Notes: a model not told the origin generated them from the letters alone. A stretch of 59,751 bases of DNA from Flavobacteriales bacterium (GCA_002696275.1 NZRO01000039.1:8923-68673); one strand, 5' to 3'; counted from the first letter of the stretch, positions 48,018 to 59,285 are shown. Made by a program: numbers and translations.

Positions 48018-48055
48018 TAATTCATATTTTTAGAGCTATAAAAATACAAAAAAAT

Positions 48056-48877
48056 ATGAGTAGAGATACACTAAAGAAGATGCGTACAGAACTTTGTGAT
48101 GTCGTCAAATACAGCTTAGAAATTAATGGAGAAACTTATAATATGAATGATCTTATTGGTAAAAATATTAAGATTGAATGGAAAGGTAAAGTGATTTGTA
48201 ATTGTGGAGAGGAAAAGAAAAAATTTTTTCGTTCAGGATTTTGCTACAATTGTTATTGGACATTACCAGAAGCATCACAAAGTATATTCAAGCCAGAATT
48301 ATGCACCGCTCATTTAAATATAGAAGAAAGAGATTTAGAGTGGGAAAAAAAATTTCAATTAGCCCCTCATTATGTATATTTAGCGAACTCAAGTGGAATA
48401 AAAGTTGGGATAACACGAAAAAGTCAAGGAGTAGTGAGATGGATGGATCAAGGAGCTAGTCAAGCTATTTTATTAGCAGAAGTACCAAACAGAAGATATT
48501 CTGGTGATATTGAAGTATCACTAAAAGGATTTGTAGATGACATTACTAATTGGAGAAAGATGTTGTCAGGAGTACCACAATCTGTAGATTTAGTAAAGTT
48601 AAAAGAACAACTATCTGAACATGTTCCAGAAGAATTTAAACAATACATTCTAGCAGACAACACTGTTACTGAAATACGATACCCTGTAAATAAATACCCT
48701 TCCAAGATAAAGAACTTAAAACTTGAGAAGAATCCAGTAATTGAAGGGGAATTATTTGGAATAAAAGGTCAATATCTAATTCTTGATGATAATAGGGTAT
48801 TTAACATAAGGTCTCATGAGGGTTTTGTCGCAGATTTCTTCTACAATGACATTCCAAAACAAGGTTTATTGTTTTAA
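48056..48877 (+). CDS. DUF2797 family protein
   Basis: ICNCG...GFCYNC...CTAH, HYVYLANSSGIKVGITR, RWMDQGASQA, G.L.GIKGQY. Confidence 0.85.
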   Translation: MSRDTLKKMRTELCDVVKYSLEINGETYNMNDLIGKNIKIEWKGKVICNCGEEKKKFFRSGFCYNCYWTLPEASQSIFKPELCTAHLNIEERDLEWEKKFQLAPHYVYLANSSGIKVGITRKSQGVVRWMDQGASQAILLAEVPNRRYSGDIEVSLKGFVDDITNWRKMLSGVPQSVDLVKLKEQLSEHVPEEFKQYILADNTVTEIRYPVNKYPSKIKNLKLEKNPVIEGELFGIKGQYLILDDNRVFNIRSHEGFVADFFYNDIPKQGLLF

Positions 48878-50595
48878 TAAACTTCTATTATATAAGGTAA
48901 TATCGCTTGAATCTTATCGCCCGAATTTAGAAGTTTAATGTGTTTAAAAGTTTCATCTGAAATATTTAGAATCTCCTGAAAAAACACATTTTGTTGCATA
49001 GTTAATCCTTTTAATAATTCTTCAATTTCATCGGTTTTTTTCGGAAGTGAAACAACTCTATAATCTTCTAAATCAGACAATTCTGCTGCTGACACAATAG
49101 CATCCTCTAATCCTCCAATCTCATCAATAAGGCCTATCTCTAAAGCATCTATTCCACTCCAAACTCGACCCTGACCTATATTATCAACATCTCGTTTACT
49201 CATTCCTCTTCCTTCAGAAACATGAGTAATAAAAGTTTCATAAACATCTTCTACAGATTCCTGGATAACATCTAACTCAAAATTGGTTAATCTTCTATTT
49301 CCTCTTCCTAAATCAGAATACTTATGTGTATTTACAGTATCAATATATACTCCTAGTTTGTCATTTAATAATCTCTTGCTATTAGGAAGAATACCAAATA
49401 CACCAATAGAACCTGTTAAAGTTGTATGGTTTGCAAAAATCTTATCCGCATTACATGAAATATAATATCCACCGCTAGCAGCATAATCTCCCATTGAAAC
49501 AACTATTTTCTTTTTCTGTTTTGCTAGATTTAATTCTCTTAATATTATATCAGAAGCCAGGGCGCTACCACCGGGGGAATTTACTCTAAATACAATAGCC
49601 TTAACCTTTTCGTCTTCAGCAGCTTCTCTTATTGCCTTCACAGTAGTTTCAGAGCCAATAGAATTATAACTTCCTTTACCAGTATTTATAGCTCCTGTTG
49701 CATAAATTAGGGCTATCTTATTTTCACTAATACTTTTTACAGATTTTACATCCAGATATTTTTGAAATTCAATTAAATTCTTAGACTTTTCTTGAAGTAA
49801 AGATAAAACCTCGTCTTCATATCTAAGATCATCAACAAAATTTAGTTCCATACATGCTTGTGGAGAATTTAATTGCAAATTATTGATAATCTCATTAATC
49901 TTTTCATCCTTTATACTTCTCTGCTTAGAAACTCCTTCATTAATTACATCTGACATAGAATTAAGTAGTTTTTCTAATTGTTCTCTATTTTCATCACTCA
50001 TTCCATTATACATATATGGTTCAACAGCACTTTTAAATTTTCCATGTCTAATAACCTGAACATCATAACCTATTTTATCTAAAAATTCTTTATAAAATAA
50101 TACTCCCGCACTAAAACCATTAAACTCTATCATCCCTTGTGGATTAAGAAATATAGAATCTGAAACAGAAGAAAGATAATATGATAATTGAGTATATACT
50201 TCAGAATAAGAGTAAATAAACTTTCCTGTTTTCTTAAACTCTAATAGCTTCTCTCTTATCTCCTCGATATTAGTGAGACCCGCATTCAGTCCAGATAAAT
50301 TTAAATAAATTCCTGTAATCCTTTCATCAAGTTTTGCCTTTTCAATGTTATCTAGTATTTGCTTAAGTTCAATATTGTCCGCAGTAGAAAAACTTAAACC
50401 TTCAATCTTAGGAAGAGGATTTCCAGAAGTTCTATCTAAAATATTTTTATCTAATTTTATTTTTAAGATAGAATTTTTCTTTACAATTATTTCTTTTTCT
50501 TTAGGAATTAAGACAGATACTAAAACTAAAAAGAAAATGAATATTATAATTATTGAAAGTAAACGAGAAAATGTATTTTTAAGAAATTTTTTCAT
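48874..50595 (-). CDS. sppA: Signal peptide peptidase SppA, 67K type
   Basis: HGKFKSAVEP, RVNSPGGSALAS, SMGDYAASGGY, TLTGSIGVF, GRVWSG. Confidence 0.93.
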   Translation of the reverse strand: MKKFLKNTFSRLLSIIIIFIFFLVLVSVLIPKEKEIIVKKNSILKIKLDKNILDRTSGNPLPKIEGLSFSTADNIELKQILDNIEKAKLDERITGIYLNLSGLNAGLTNIEEIREKLLEFKKTGKFIYSYSEVYTQLSYYLSSVSDSIFLNPQGMIEFNGFSAGVLFYKEFLDKIGYDVQVIRHGKFKSAVEPYMYNGMSDENREQLEKLLNSMSDVINEGVSKQRSIKDEKINEIINNLQLNSPQACMELNFVDDLRYEDEVLSLLQEKSKNLIEFQKYLDVKSVKSISENKIALIYATGAINTGKGSYNSIGSETTVKAIREAAEDEKVKAIVFRVNSPGGSALASDIILRELNLAKQKKKIVVSMGDYAASGGYYISCNADKIFANHTTLTGSIGVFGILPNSKRLLNDKLGVYIDTVNTHKYSDLGRGNRRLTNFELDVIQESVEDVYETFITHVSEGRGMSKRDVDNIGQGRVWSGIDALEIGLIDEIGGLEDAIVSAAELSDLEDYRVVSLPKKTDEIEELLKGLTMQQNVFFQEILNISDETFKHIKLLNSGDKIQAILPYIIEVY

Positions 50596-50675
50596 ATTTA
50601 TTTTTTGAGAATATAAAATTACAAAAAAATATAATATAATAATTGTCTATTCCTATATTTGAATATTAGATTAAT

Positions 50676-51161
50676 ATGAATATAATTTACATACAAATAG
50701 GAAGTAATATGGGCGATAGAATATCCTATATCAACAACAGTATGCAACAAATTGAAGATAAATTAGGTGAAATTTCAAATTCATCTAAAATATATGAGAG
50801 CAGTCCTTGGGGAAATATTAATCAAGGAAATTTTTTAAATAGCGTTATTAAAGTAGAAAGTGATTTGGACGCGTTTAAGACCTTAAAAATATTACAAGAA
50901 ATTGAAGAGAATTTAGGAAGAAAAAGAATCCAAAAATGGGGAGAAAGATGTATTGATTTGGATATACTATTCTTTAACAATCACATAATTGATTCTAAAA
51001 ATTTAACTGTCCCTCATCCCTATATTCAAGATAGAAATTTTGTACTTATTCCACTAAACGAAATTGCTTCTACTTTTAATCACCCAACTCTAAAAAAGGA
51101 TATTTTTGCATTATTAAACGACTGTACAGACAAGGAAGAGGTTTCAATTTATGAGATATAA
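50676..51161 (+). CDS. folK: 2-amino-4-hydroxy-6-hydroxymethyldihydropteridine pyrophosphokinase
   Basis: IGSNMG, YES.PWG, FLN, GR.R..KWGERCIDLDILF, PHP.IQDRNFVL.PL. Confidence 0.95.
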   Translation: MNIIYIQIGSNMGDRISYINNSMQQIEDKLGEISNSSKIYESSPWGNINQGNFLNSVIKVESDLDAFKTLKILQEIEENLGRKRIQKWGERCIDLDILFFNNHIIDSKNLTVPHPYIQDRNFVLIPLNEIASTFNHPTLKKDIFALLNDCTDKEEVSIYEI

Positions 51162-51789
51162 TTTTTTAGTTATAGAAGGAAATATTGGTAGTGGAAAAAC
51201 TAATCTTGCAAAGAAAATTGCTGAAGATTTTAATGGAAAACTAATTCTTGAGGCATTTGCAGACAATCCATTCTTGCCAAAATTCTATAAAGAATCTGAA
51301 AGAAATGCCCTTCCATTAGAATTGTTTTTTATGGCAGAAAGATTTCAGCAACTAAACGAGAAGAAGAATACATCCGATCTTTTTTCAAAACTTATTGTTG
51401 CTGATTATTCTTTTTTTAAATCTAAGTTATTTGCTCAAAATAATCTGAAAGAAGATGAGTTAAATTTATTCAATAGACTTTATGATATTATGTTTTATAA
51501 CGTAAAGAAACCTGAATTATTGATATATATTCACTCTGATGTGGAGAGATTACAAAAAAATATTAAAAAGAGGGGTAGAAAATTTGAACTGGAGATTAAA
51601 GATGAATACTTGAAAAGTATTGAAAATAAATATCTAGATTACCTAAAAAAACAAAGAGATTTTCCTGTATTAATAATTGATGTAAGTTCTATTGATTTTG
51701 TCAACAACAAAAGTTCTTACAAAAAGATATTAGATGAAATAAATTTTATATCTAATAATGAGCAAATTAGAAGCGTTACATTAGATTAG
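51151..51789 (+). CDS. Deoxynucleoside kinase family protein (degenerate DRS motif)
   Basis: EGNIGSGKT P-loop, NPFL.KFY, FFMAERF, ADYSFFKS, NIKKRGR. Confidence 0.85.
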   Translation: MRYNFLVIEGNIGSGKTNLAKKIAEDFNGKLILEAFADNPFLPKFYKESERNALPLELFFMAERFQQLNEKKNTSDLFSKLIVADYSFFKSKLFAQNNLKEDELNLFNRLYDIMFYNVKKPELLIYIHSDVERLQKNIKKRGRKFELEIKDEYLKSIENKYLDYLKKQRDFPVLIIDVSSIDFVNNKSSYKKILDEINFISNNEQIRSVTLD

Positions 51790-52680
51790 CCATTTACTTA
51801 AATCTCTACCTATCAATTTCTCTAATTTTGGTATCTCTTCCTTGTAATATTTGTGTGTAAGTTTTTTTCTAAGTTCTGCAGATAATTTTTCAGGTTCCTT
51901 ATATGCTAATTTGAAAATAAAATGTACTAAACGAGATGGTAAATATTTAGAAATAGTAAACTTTGGCATTAAGTTATAAAACCTCATTTTTTTTAAAACA
52001 AATCCTAAAATTCCTTTAGGAGTTCCAGAAACATTGGATTTATTAGATATATCTATTTCAACATTTTCATTTACCTCTAGGAATTTAAAAATATCCTTTA
52101 AAGTTTCCTTGGGGCTTTTTATTATATCTTCAAATAAATAAACTTTTATTTTCTCTGAAGGAAATAAATCATAATACCTTTGTAATTGATCTGAGTAATA
52201 CCCTTTTTCTATATAATGATACAAGGGACTCCATTTTTCATTTATCCGTTCCTGTTCCTTTTCTATAGATTCTTCAAAAGAATTTGAATTTTCCTTATCT
52301 GCTCTTACAACATGAAGGTAATTAGAATATGCTCTATCTACAGGTTGTCTTAAAATTGCAATAATTCTTACATTCTGAAGATTTTCCTTAATTAAATGAG
52401 GTGCTTTTTTATTATAAATATATGCAGGTGAAGCTTCTCCAATTGCTTTCTCACTGGAAACATCTTCAAACATCAACCAGTAATCTTCAAGAGTTGTCAA
52501 ATTTTTACTCTTACTTCCTAAAACCTTATAATCCAAATTTTGTTTATAATGATTAAAGAACATAGGTTCTTTAATCTTTGTCATGAAAATTTCCGGATGT
52601 TGTTTTAAATAAGTATATAAAGATGTAGTTGCCGATTTCATCGCGCCAATCACAATAAAATTTGGTTTATTTTTTACCAT
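51781..52680 (-). CDS. PAPS-dependent sulfotransferase
   Basis: IGAMKSATTS (5'-PSB), GEASPAY, LRQPVDRAYSNY (3'-PB). Confidence 0.88.
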   Translation of the reverse strand: MVKNKPNFIVIGAMKSATTSLYTYLKQHPEIFMTKIKEPMFFNHYKQNLDYKVLGSKSKNLTTLEDYWLMFEDVSSEKAIGEASPAYIYNKKAPHLIKENLQNVRIIAILRQPVDRAYSNYLHVVRADKENSNSFEESIEKEQERINEKWSPLYHYIEKGYYSDQLQRYYDLFPSEKIKVYLFEDIIKSPKETLKDIFKFLEVNENVEIDISNKSNVSGTPKGILGFVLKKMRFYNLMPKFTISKYLPSRLVHFIFKLAYKEPEKLSAELRKKLTHKYYKEEIPKLEKLIGRDLSKWLI

Positions 52681-52735
52681 TTTGTTTCATACAAAAGAAC
52701 CCCAAATAATTGGGGTTCTAAACTTTCTTAAATCT

Positions 52736-54409
52736 TTATTTTGTTAACGAAATAAATTTTTCGTGAGTTCTATATTTCTCAAACTCTAAATCTTTTAGAG
52801 CTTCCTCTTTATAAATATCTGAATTCTGAATTGATTTTTCCAAATTTATGAATAACATAGATTCGTTACCTGCTCTTGCTCCTGCAATTGCATTTAAATA
52901 AAAACACTCAGCGGTGTTTTCATTACAAGTATAATTGTTGTTACCATTTAGAATATTAGCAAGAGCAGCATTGTAAGAATTACCTCTTAATCTTTCTGTA
53001 GCAGACCTATAATTTCCTTGTCTTATATCTAATATAGCAAGGTTCAATGGGGTGGTATTTGCTTTATTAAATAGAATTCGAGCTTTTTTCAGATCTCCAT
53101 TCCAAGAAGCAACAATTCCTAAGTTGGTAAGTACAGAAGATTCATTTGCCCCTCCATTTTGTTCTGCTTTATTTAAATATTCGTATGCCCTATCCATGTT
53201 TCCTTTAGAAAGATGATAAGCAGCAATATTATTATATGCTCTCCAATCATTATGCAAATCTATAGCAGTTGAGTAAATCTCTAATGATCTAGAAACATTT
53301 TCTAGCAAAGAAGCAGAGTACAATAACTCTTCAACCGATAAGTCAGAAGGATTACTAATAGAAAGCAACAAAATATCTTCTTTTGTCTTTTTTGGTACAT
53401 AAGAATTAATTGTAATCTCAGATTTTCTTAAGTATTGTAAAACATCATTTTCTAAAGCATCATATACTTGAGCCATATCTTGCAACAATTCACCTTTTTC
53501 CTTTTGAGATTTCTGTTTGTTTCTATCTGTTAAACTTAGTATTGTATTTTTTTCTTTTATAGAAGAATTAGAAACTAATTTGTTAAAACCGTCCCAGTCA
53601 GCACCTGCAGATGACTTTTTATAGTAATCATCACTACTAGCTCCATCTGCTTTTAATCTTTTTAGTAAATATTTTGCATATGAGAGAGTACTATTTTGTC
53701 TGTCATCAGAAAGCTCTGTATTGACCTTCTCTGTTCCTTCTGGGGAAGCTGAAGATTTAATCACAAAAGATTCGGTTTTATATCCTAACTTGATAAAGTC
53801 TTTTAATTTTTGTACATCTTCATCACTTTTTTCTGTAGTTCTAATATTACTTTTATTTACCAAAAAGTATATAGTAGCTGTTTCTGATATAGTTTCTACT
53901 TCTTTATATCCATGATCAGCAACCGCGATAATCTCATCATTCTGCACTCTCATTGATGTAGAGATTACACCATTCGCAATTGTAACAGGACCCAAAATTT
54001 TATTATCATCTTCTAAAATAGCTAATGCTCTTAACTCTAAATTAGATGATTTCATGTCCTCCGTATACTCTATTTTATCAGAGTAAACAAAAGAACCTCC
54101 TGATTCAAAAAATATTGTTTCATCTCCTCCTGTTGCTTGTTCACCTTGTAAGATAACTGACTTTAATCGCGTTTCTTCTCCTGTTTCGCTTATTATTACT
54201 GGAGTAATTTCTACAGTAGCTTTTTTGGCAAAATATTTTTCAGGGAATTTTCCTTTCAAATTAACAACTACATCTCCTGCATGGACTTCTAATACTTTAG
54301 GAGTTTGTTCATAAGTAACTTTATCATAATCAGAAGCCATCCTCTCAAGACCGCATCCAAAGAATGATATGACAATTGTTAGTAGTAAAAATAATTTAGT
54401 ATTAGTCAT
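52736..54409 (-). CDS. Conserved Bacteroidota lipoprotein with OmpA-like and TPR-like regions
   Basis: Lipobox FFGC; PKVLE...GKFPEKYF.KKA; SASPEG...N..LS..R; TPR-like WRAYNNIAAYHLSKG. Confidence 0.7.
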   Translation of the reverse strand: MTNTKLFLLLTIVISFFGCGLERMASDYDKVTYEQTPKVLEVHAGDVVVNLKGKFPEKYFAKKATVEITPVIISETGEETRLKSVILQGEQATGGDETIFFESGGSFVYSDKIEYTEDMKSSNLELRALAILEDDNKILGPVTIANGVISTSMRVQNDEIIAVADHGYKEVETISETATIYFLVNKSNIRTTEKSDEDVQKLKDFIKLGYKTESFVIKSSASPEGTEKVNTELSDDRQNSTLSYAKYLLKRLKADGASSDDYYKKSSAGADWDGFNKLVSNSSIKEKNTILSLTDRNKQKSQKEKGELLQDMAQVYDALENDVLQYLRKSEITINSYVPKKTKEDILLLSISNPSDLSVEELLYSASLLENVSRSLEIYSTAIDLHNDWRAYNNIAAYHLSKGNMDRAYEYLNKAEQNGGANESSVLTNLGIVASWNGDLKKARILFNKANTTPLNLAILDIRQGNYRSATERLRGNSYNAALANILNGNNNYTCNENTAECFYLNAIAGARAGNESMLFINLEKSIQNSDIYKEEALKDLEFEKYRTHEKFISLTK

Positions 54410-54546
54410 TTTTTATAATTTTTAATTAATGCAAATATATAATTATTAGAACAAAATATATTGTAGCTCTTCTTTATCTTTACAGAGGATATTAACAAAT
54501 CTATTTAATTAATTTTAAGTAAGTTTGCAACTGATAGTGTTTAATT

Positions 54547-56133
54547 ATGAAAAAAATTTTAATAATTTGTTTTGGGATGATATTTGGATTGAAATTAGTT
54601 ATTTCACAGAATAACACTAATATAAACCATTATTCAATTAAAGTTGATACAGAGGAATCAACAACAAAACAAAAATCAAAAAAATTATCTAATAATAATT
54701 TGTTTAATAATATTGAATTTGGACTTATGTCTGGAGTAACACAATTTTATGGAGATATAAAACAGTTTGACTTTAGACCTAGTTATGCTAGATTTTTTGA
54801 TGAAATAAAACCATCATATGAGATATCAATAAGAAAAAAAATCAATCCATTAATTTCGCTAAAAGGAAGTTTTATTACTGGAAAATTTGGAGGAATACAC
54901 ACTGAAAAGATTGGTGATAATTATGAAGTTTATGACCCTTACAATAACTTCTATGAAGGTAAAGGTGAATATTTTGTAACTAATTTTAATGAATTAGACT
55001 TACAACTATTATTAAACTTATCAAACGCAAGCTCATTCTTCTCAAACCATAATTTAGATAATTTCGATTTTTTCTTCAAAACTGGATTAGGAATAAATAC
55101 TTTTAATAGTTTAAATAGAAATTTTAGCGGAACTTATATTTACAGCTATGGATATGAAGAAGGTGTTTATCTACAAAATGATAACTTTATAAAAAAATCA
55201 TTTTCAGAATCTCCAAAAGAAATAGTATATGTATATGGTATTAGTTCATCATACAAATTAAATAATAAAATAGATCTTAATTTTGATATAACCAAGCGTA
55301 AAGCAAATACCGATTATTGGGATTCTCATGATAATAATGCTAATAATGACTATTTTAATTTTTATGCTTTTGGAATATCATATAAAATCTTAAATAAAGA
55401 ATTAAAAGATTGGTTAACTCCAATACAGGAGCTAGAAAAAAATATTAATTCTACTAATGCAAATATAGAATGGCTATCAGAAGACTCAGATCATGATGGA
55501 GTTTCAGATGCATTTGACAAAGAATTAAACACACCTATGGGGGTAGCTGTAGATGGATCTGGAATTTCTTTAGATATTGATATGGATAATATTCCAGACT
55601 ATATAGATAAAGATCCTTTCTCTTCAAAGGGGGCAATTGTAGATAACAATGGAGTTGAATTTGACTCTGATAATGATGGAATTCCTGATAGTAAGGACCT
55701 TGAAAACAACACAGAAACAGGATCAATTGTAAATCAATATGGAATTTCCGTTATCAATTACAACAAAGAAAACAATACTTATTTTCCATCTGTCTATTTC
55801 GAAAGCGGCAGTTTCTACATTAATAACTCTAATTTAAAAAGGTTAGCTACTGTGGCAATGATATTAAATAATAATCCTGATTTAAGATTAGAGGTTATAG
55901 GAAATACCGATAGGAATGGAGATGCTGATTATAACAAAGAACTTGCCAAAAAACGAGCTAACTCAGTGATTACTTATCTTTCAACAAATTTTAAAATTGA
56001 TGTAAACAGATTTAAGTCTTCTAGTAACGGAGAAGAGAAACCTCTTTCTATAGAAAGAATTTTAAATGACTTACCAATCAAAAATTCCTTATCAAAAATT
56101 AACAGAAGAGTCGATTTTAGAATTATCGAATAA
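54547..56133 (+). CDS. OmpA family outer-membrane protein with thrombospondin type 3 (TSP3) Ca-binding repeats
   Basis: N-terminal barrel, DSDHDGVSDAFD / DSDNDGIPDSKD repeats, C-terminal GNTD..G..DYN..LAKKRA, NRRVDF. Confidence 0.88.
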   Translation: MKKILIICFGMIFGLKLVISQNNTNINHYSIKVDTEESTTKQKSKKLSNNNLFNNIEFGLMSGVTQFYGDIKQFDFRPSYARFFDEIKPSYEISIRKKINPLISLKGSFITGKFGGIHTEKIGDNYEVYDPYNNFYEGKGEYFVTNFNELDLQLLLNLSNASSFFSNHNLDNFDFFFKTGLGINTFNSLNRNFSGTYIYSYGYEEGVYLQNDNFIKKSFSESPKEIVYVYGISSSYKLNNKIDLNFDITKRKANTDYWDSHDNNANNDYFNFYAFGISYKILNKELKDWLTPIQELEKNINSTNANIEWLSEDSDHDGVSDAFDKELNTPMGVAVDGSGISLDIDMDNIPDYIDKDPFSSKGAIVDNNGVEFDSDNDGIPDSKDLENNTETGSIVNQYGISVINYNKENNTYFPSVYFESGSFYINNSNLKRLATVAMILNNNPDLRLEVIGNTDRNGDADYNKELAKKRANSVITYLSTNFKIDVNRFKSSSNGEEKPLSIERILNDLPIKNSLSKINRRVDFRIIE

Positions 56134-56650
56134 TTTTATTATACAAATCCCACAAAACAATACCAATACTTACAGATACATTTATAGAGTGTTTAGTTCC
56201 TATTTGCGGAATCTCAATGGAACAATCACTTAAATCAATAACAGATTGTTGAACTCCATTTACTTCATTTCCAAATACAACAACTATTGGTTTTTTAGGA
56301 TGTGGAAACTGATGTAATAGCGTTGAATCCTCTACTTGTTCTACAGAACATATCAGATAATTCTTCTTTTTCAGATTTAGAACGATATCCTCTGTTTTTT
56401 CAACATACTCCCAATCGACAGAATTCGTTGATCCTAATGCTGACTTTCTGATCTCCTGATTTGGTGGAGTAGCAGTAATTCCACATAAATAGATTTTTTC
56501 TATTCTAAATGCGTCAGAAGTTCGAAAAGCAGAACCCACATTAAAAGAGGACCTTACATTATCTAAAACAAGTATAATAGGTGTTTTTTTAGCAGATTTG
56601 AAGTTTTCAACACTTATTCTCTCTAATTCACTATTCTTTAACTTTCTCAT
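56123..56650 (-). CDS. TrmH/SpoU family RNA methyltransferase
   Basis: [41 protein letters not shown]. Confidence 0.9.
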   Translation of the reverse strand: MRKLKNSELERISVENFKSAKKTPIILVLDNVRSSFNVGSAFRTSDAFRIEKIYLCGITATPPNQEIRKSALGSTNSVDWEYVEKTEDIVLNLKKKNYLICSVEQVEDSTLLHQFPHPKKPIVVVFGNEVNGVQQSVIDLSDCSIEIPQIGTKHSINVSVSIGIVLWDLYNKIIR

Positions 56651-56687
56651 ATATTATATTTGTATTCGCAAAATTAAAAGATTTAAA

Positions 56688-59285
56688 TTGACAAAAACAA
56701 AAGCAAAAAAAGAAACGCCATTAATGACCCAGTATAATGGAATAAAAGGAAAATATCCTGACGCTCTTTTACTTTTTAGAGTCGGAGACTTTTATGAAAC
56801 TTTTGGAGAAGATGCTATAAAAGCCTCTAAAATTTTAGGAATTGTTTTAACAAATAGAGCTAATGGTTCTTCAAAAATCGAATTAGCAGGTTTTCCACAT
56901 CATTCAATAGACACTTACCTACCTAAATTAGTAAGAGCGGGAGAAAGAGTTGCAATATGCGATCAATTAGAAGATCCTAAAACAACTAAAAAAATTGTAA
57001 AAAGAGGAGTTACTGAACTTGTAACACCTGGAGTTTCCTATAGAGATACAATTACCGACCAGAAAAGTAATAATTTTTTAGCATCAATATATTTTGAAAA
57101 AGATAAAATTGGAATATCTTTTTTAGATAATTCTACTGGAGAGTTTTTAGTTGCTGAAGGAAAATCTGATTATATTGATAAATTATTACAAAGTTTTAAT
57201 CCATCTGAAGTTTTGTTTGAAAAGAATAAAAGAAAGGAATTTGAAAAATTTTTTGGGGACAGATTTTTTACTCATATGTTGGACGATTGGATATATACAA
57301 CAGATTACTCGAAAGAACTTCTAACACGTCAATTTAACACTTCTTCATTAAAAGGCTTTGGTATAGAAAAAATGGAAATTAGCATAATATCGGCTGGAGC
57401 TATCTTACACTATTTAAAAGAAACGCATCATAATCTAACTCAACATATATCTTCAATAAGCAGAATAGAACAAGAAAAATATGTTTGGATGGACAGATTT
57501 ACTATTCGAAATCTTGAGTTATTTCACTCTTCAAACGAGCAGGCTAAAACACTAATTGATATTTTAGACCACACTATTTCCCCAATGGGAAGTAGGATGA
57601 TAAAAAGATGGCTTGCCCTTCCATTAAAAGAAAAATCTCAGATAGACAAAAGGTTAAGTATAGTAGAATATATAATAAAAGAAAAAAACTTTCAGGAGGT
57701 TCTAGAAGAGAATATAAAGCATATTGGAGATTTAGAAAGATTAATCTCTAAAGTATCTACAACAAGAATAAGTCCAAGAGAATGTAACCAACTTAAACTA
57801 TCTCTGCAATCAATATCACCTATAAAAGAAATATGCATTGAATCTAGCAATAAACAATTGCAAATTATAGGAGAAAAGTTAAATCCATGTAAAAAAATAA
57901 CTAAGAAAATAGAGTCTACTATTTCTGAGAACCCTCCAGCTCTTTTACAAAAAGGAAATGTAATAAGGGAAGGAGTAAGTTCAGAATTAGATGAATTAAG
58001 AAGCTTATCAAAATCAGGGAAAGATTATCTTCAAAAAATACTAGAAAGAGAAACTGAAAGAACTGGGATTCCATCTTTAAAAATATCATTCAACAATGTT
58101 TTTGGATATTATCTTGAAGTTAGAAATGTTCATAAAAACAAAGTTCCTGAAGAGTGGATCAGAAAACAAACTCTGGTTAGTGCTGAACGATATATTACAG
58201 AAGAGTTAAAAGAATACGAATCTAAAATACTTAGTGCGGAGAGCAAAATTGCAGAATTGGAATCAAAATTGTTTTTTGAATTGGTATATAGTTTATCAGA
58301 GTCTGTACAAGCCATCCAATTAGATGCTCAACTGATTTCCCAACTAGATTGTTTGTATTCGTTTGCTTTAATTGCAAAAGCAAATAATTATAATAAAGCA
58401 TCTATCACAGAAGGAACAAATATTCTAATAAAAAAAGGAAGACATCCTGTAATTGAACAACAACTAAAATCTGGAGAAAGTTACATTCCTAATAATGTAC
58501 AACTAGATAGAGAAACTCAACAGATTATGATGATAACAGGACCTAATATGTCTGGTAAGTCTGCTTTGTTAAGACAAACAGCTCTTATAGTCCTTATGGC
58601 TCAAATAGGAAGTTTTGTTCCTGCAGAAGCTGCTGAAATTGGAATAGTTGATAAGATATTTACAAGAGTTGGAGCCTCAGACAATATCTCTATGGGAGAA
58701 TCAACATTTATGGTAGAAATGAATGAAACAGCAAGTATTCTTAATAATCTCTCTGAGAGAAGTCTAATTTTATTAGATGAAATTGGAAGAGGAACCTCAA
58801 CTTATGATGGTGTATCAATTGCATGGGCCATTGCAGAATATTTACATGAGAATAGCTGTAAATCAAAAACTCTTTTCGCAACTCATTATCACGAACTTAA
58901 TGATATGTCAAACATGTTTGATAGAATTAAAAACTACAATGTTTCTGTAAAAGAAGTTGGAAAAAAAATAATTTTTATTAGAACCCTGGCAAAAGGAGGT
59001 TCAGAACATAGTTTTGGAATACACGTTGCAAAAATGGCCGGCATGCCTAAAGAAATTATAAAAAAGAGCGAAAAGATTTTAAAGAAACTAGAAAATAACA
59101 AAAGTAAAAATGAAAATAAGAAAGCTATAAACACAAATGAAGAGATGCAACTTAGTTTCTTTAATTTAGATGATCCTACTCTAATTCAAATAAAAGATGA
59201 AATTAAGGACATTGATATTAACTCCCTAACACCGGTTGAAGCATTATTGAAACTTAATGAGATAAAAAAACTAATAGGAAAATAA
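56688..59285 (+). CDS. mutS: DNA mismatch repair protein MutS
   Basis: [50 protein letters not shown]. Start reassigned to TTG 56688, after TATATTTG at 56655-56662. Confidence 0.96.
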   Translation: MTKTKAKKETPLMTQYNGIKGKYPDALLLFRVGDFYETFGEDAIKASKILGIVLTNRANGSSKIELAGFPHHSIDTYLPKLVRAGERVAICDQLEDPKTTKKIVKRGVTELVTPGVSYRDTITDQKSNNFLASIYFEKDKIGISFLDNSTGEFLVAEGKSDYIDKLLQSFNPSEVLFEKNKRKEFEKFFGDRFFTHMLDDWIYTTDYSKELLTRQFNTSSLKGFGIEKMEISIISAGAILHYLKETHHNLTQHISSISRIEQEKYVWMDRFTIRNLELFHSSNEQAKTLIDILDHTISPMGSRMIKRWLALPLKEKSQIDKRLSIVEYIIKEKNFQEVLEENIKHIGDLERLISKVSTTRISPRECNQLKLSLQSISPIKEICIESSNKQLQIIGEKLNPCKKITKKIESTISENPPALLQKGNVIREGVSSELDELRSLSKSGKDYLQKILERETERTGIPSLKISFNNVFGYYLEVRNVHKNKVPEEWIRKQTLVSAERYITEELKEYESKILSAESKIAELESKLFFELVYSLSESVQAIQLDAQLISQLDCLYSFALIAKANNYNKASITEGTNILIKKGRHPVIEQQLKSGESYIPNNVQLDRETQQIMMITGPNMSGKSALLRQTALIVLMAQIGSFVPAEAAEIGIVDKIFTRVGASDNISMGESTFMVEMNETASILNNLSERSLILLDEIGRGTSTYDGVSIAWAIAEYLHENSCKSKTLFATHYHELNDMSNMFDRIKNYNVSVKEVGKKIIFIRTLAKGGSEHSFGIHVAKMAGMPKEIIKKSEKILKKLENNKSKNENKKAINTNEEMQLSFFNLDDPTLIQIKDEIKDIDINSLTPVEALLKLNEIKKLIGK

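Noticed and set aside
12095-58315. Remaining short ORFs nested in or antisense to annotated genes (e.g. 12095..12391, 30719..31048, 37138..37548, 44221..44499, 58130..58315)
   Set aside because: Explained as shadows of conserved genes; no independent start context or motifs.
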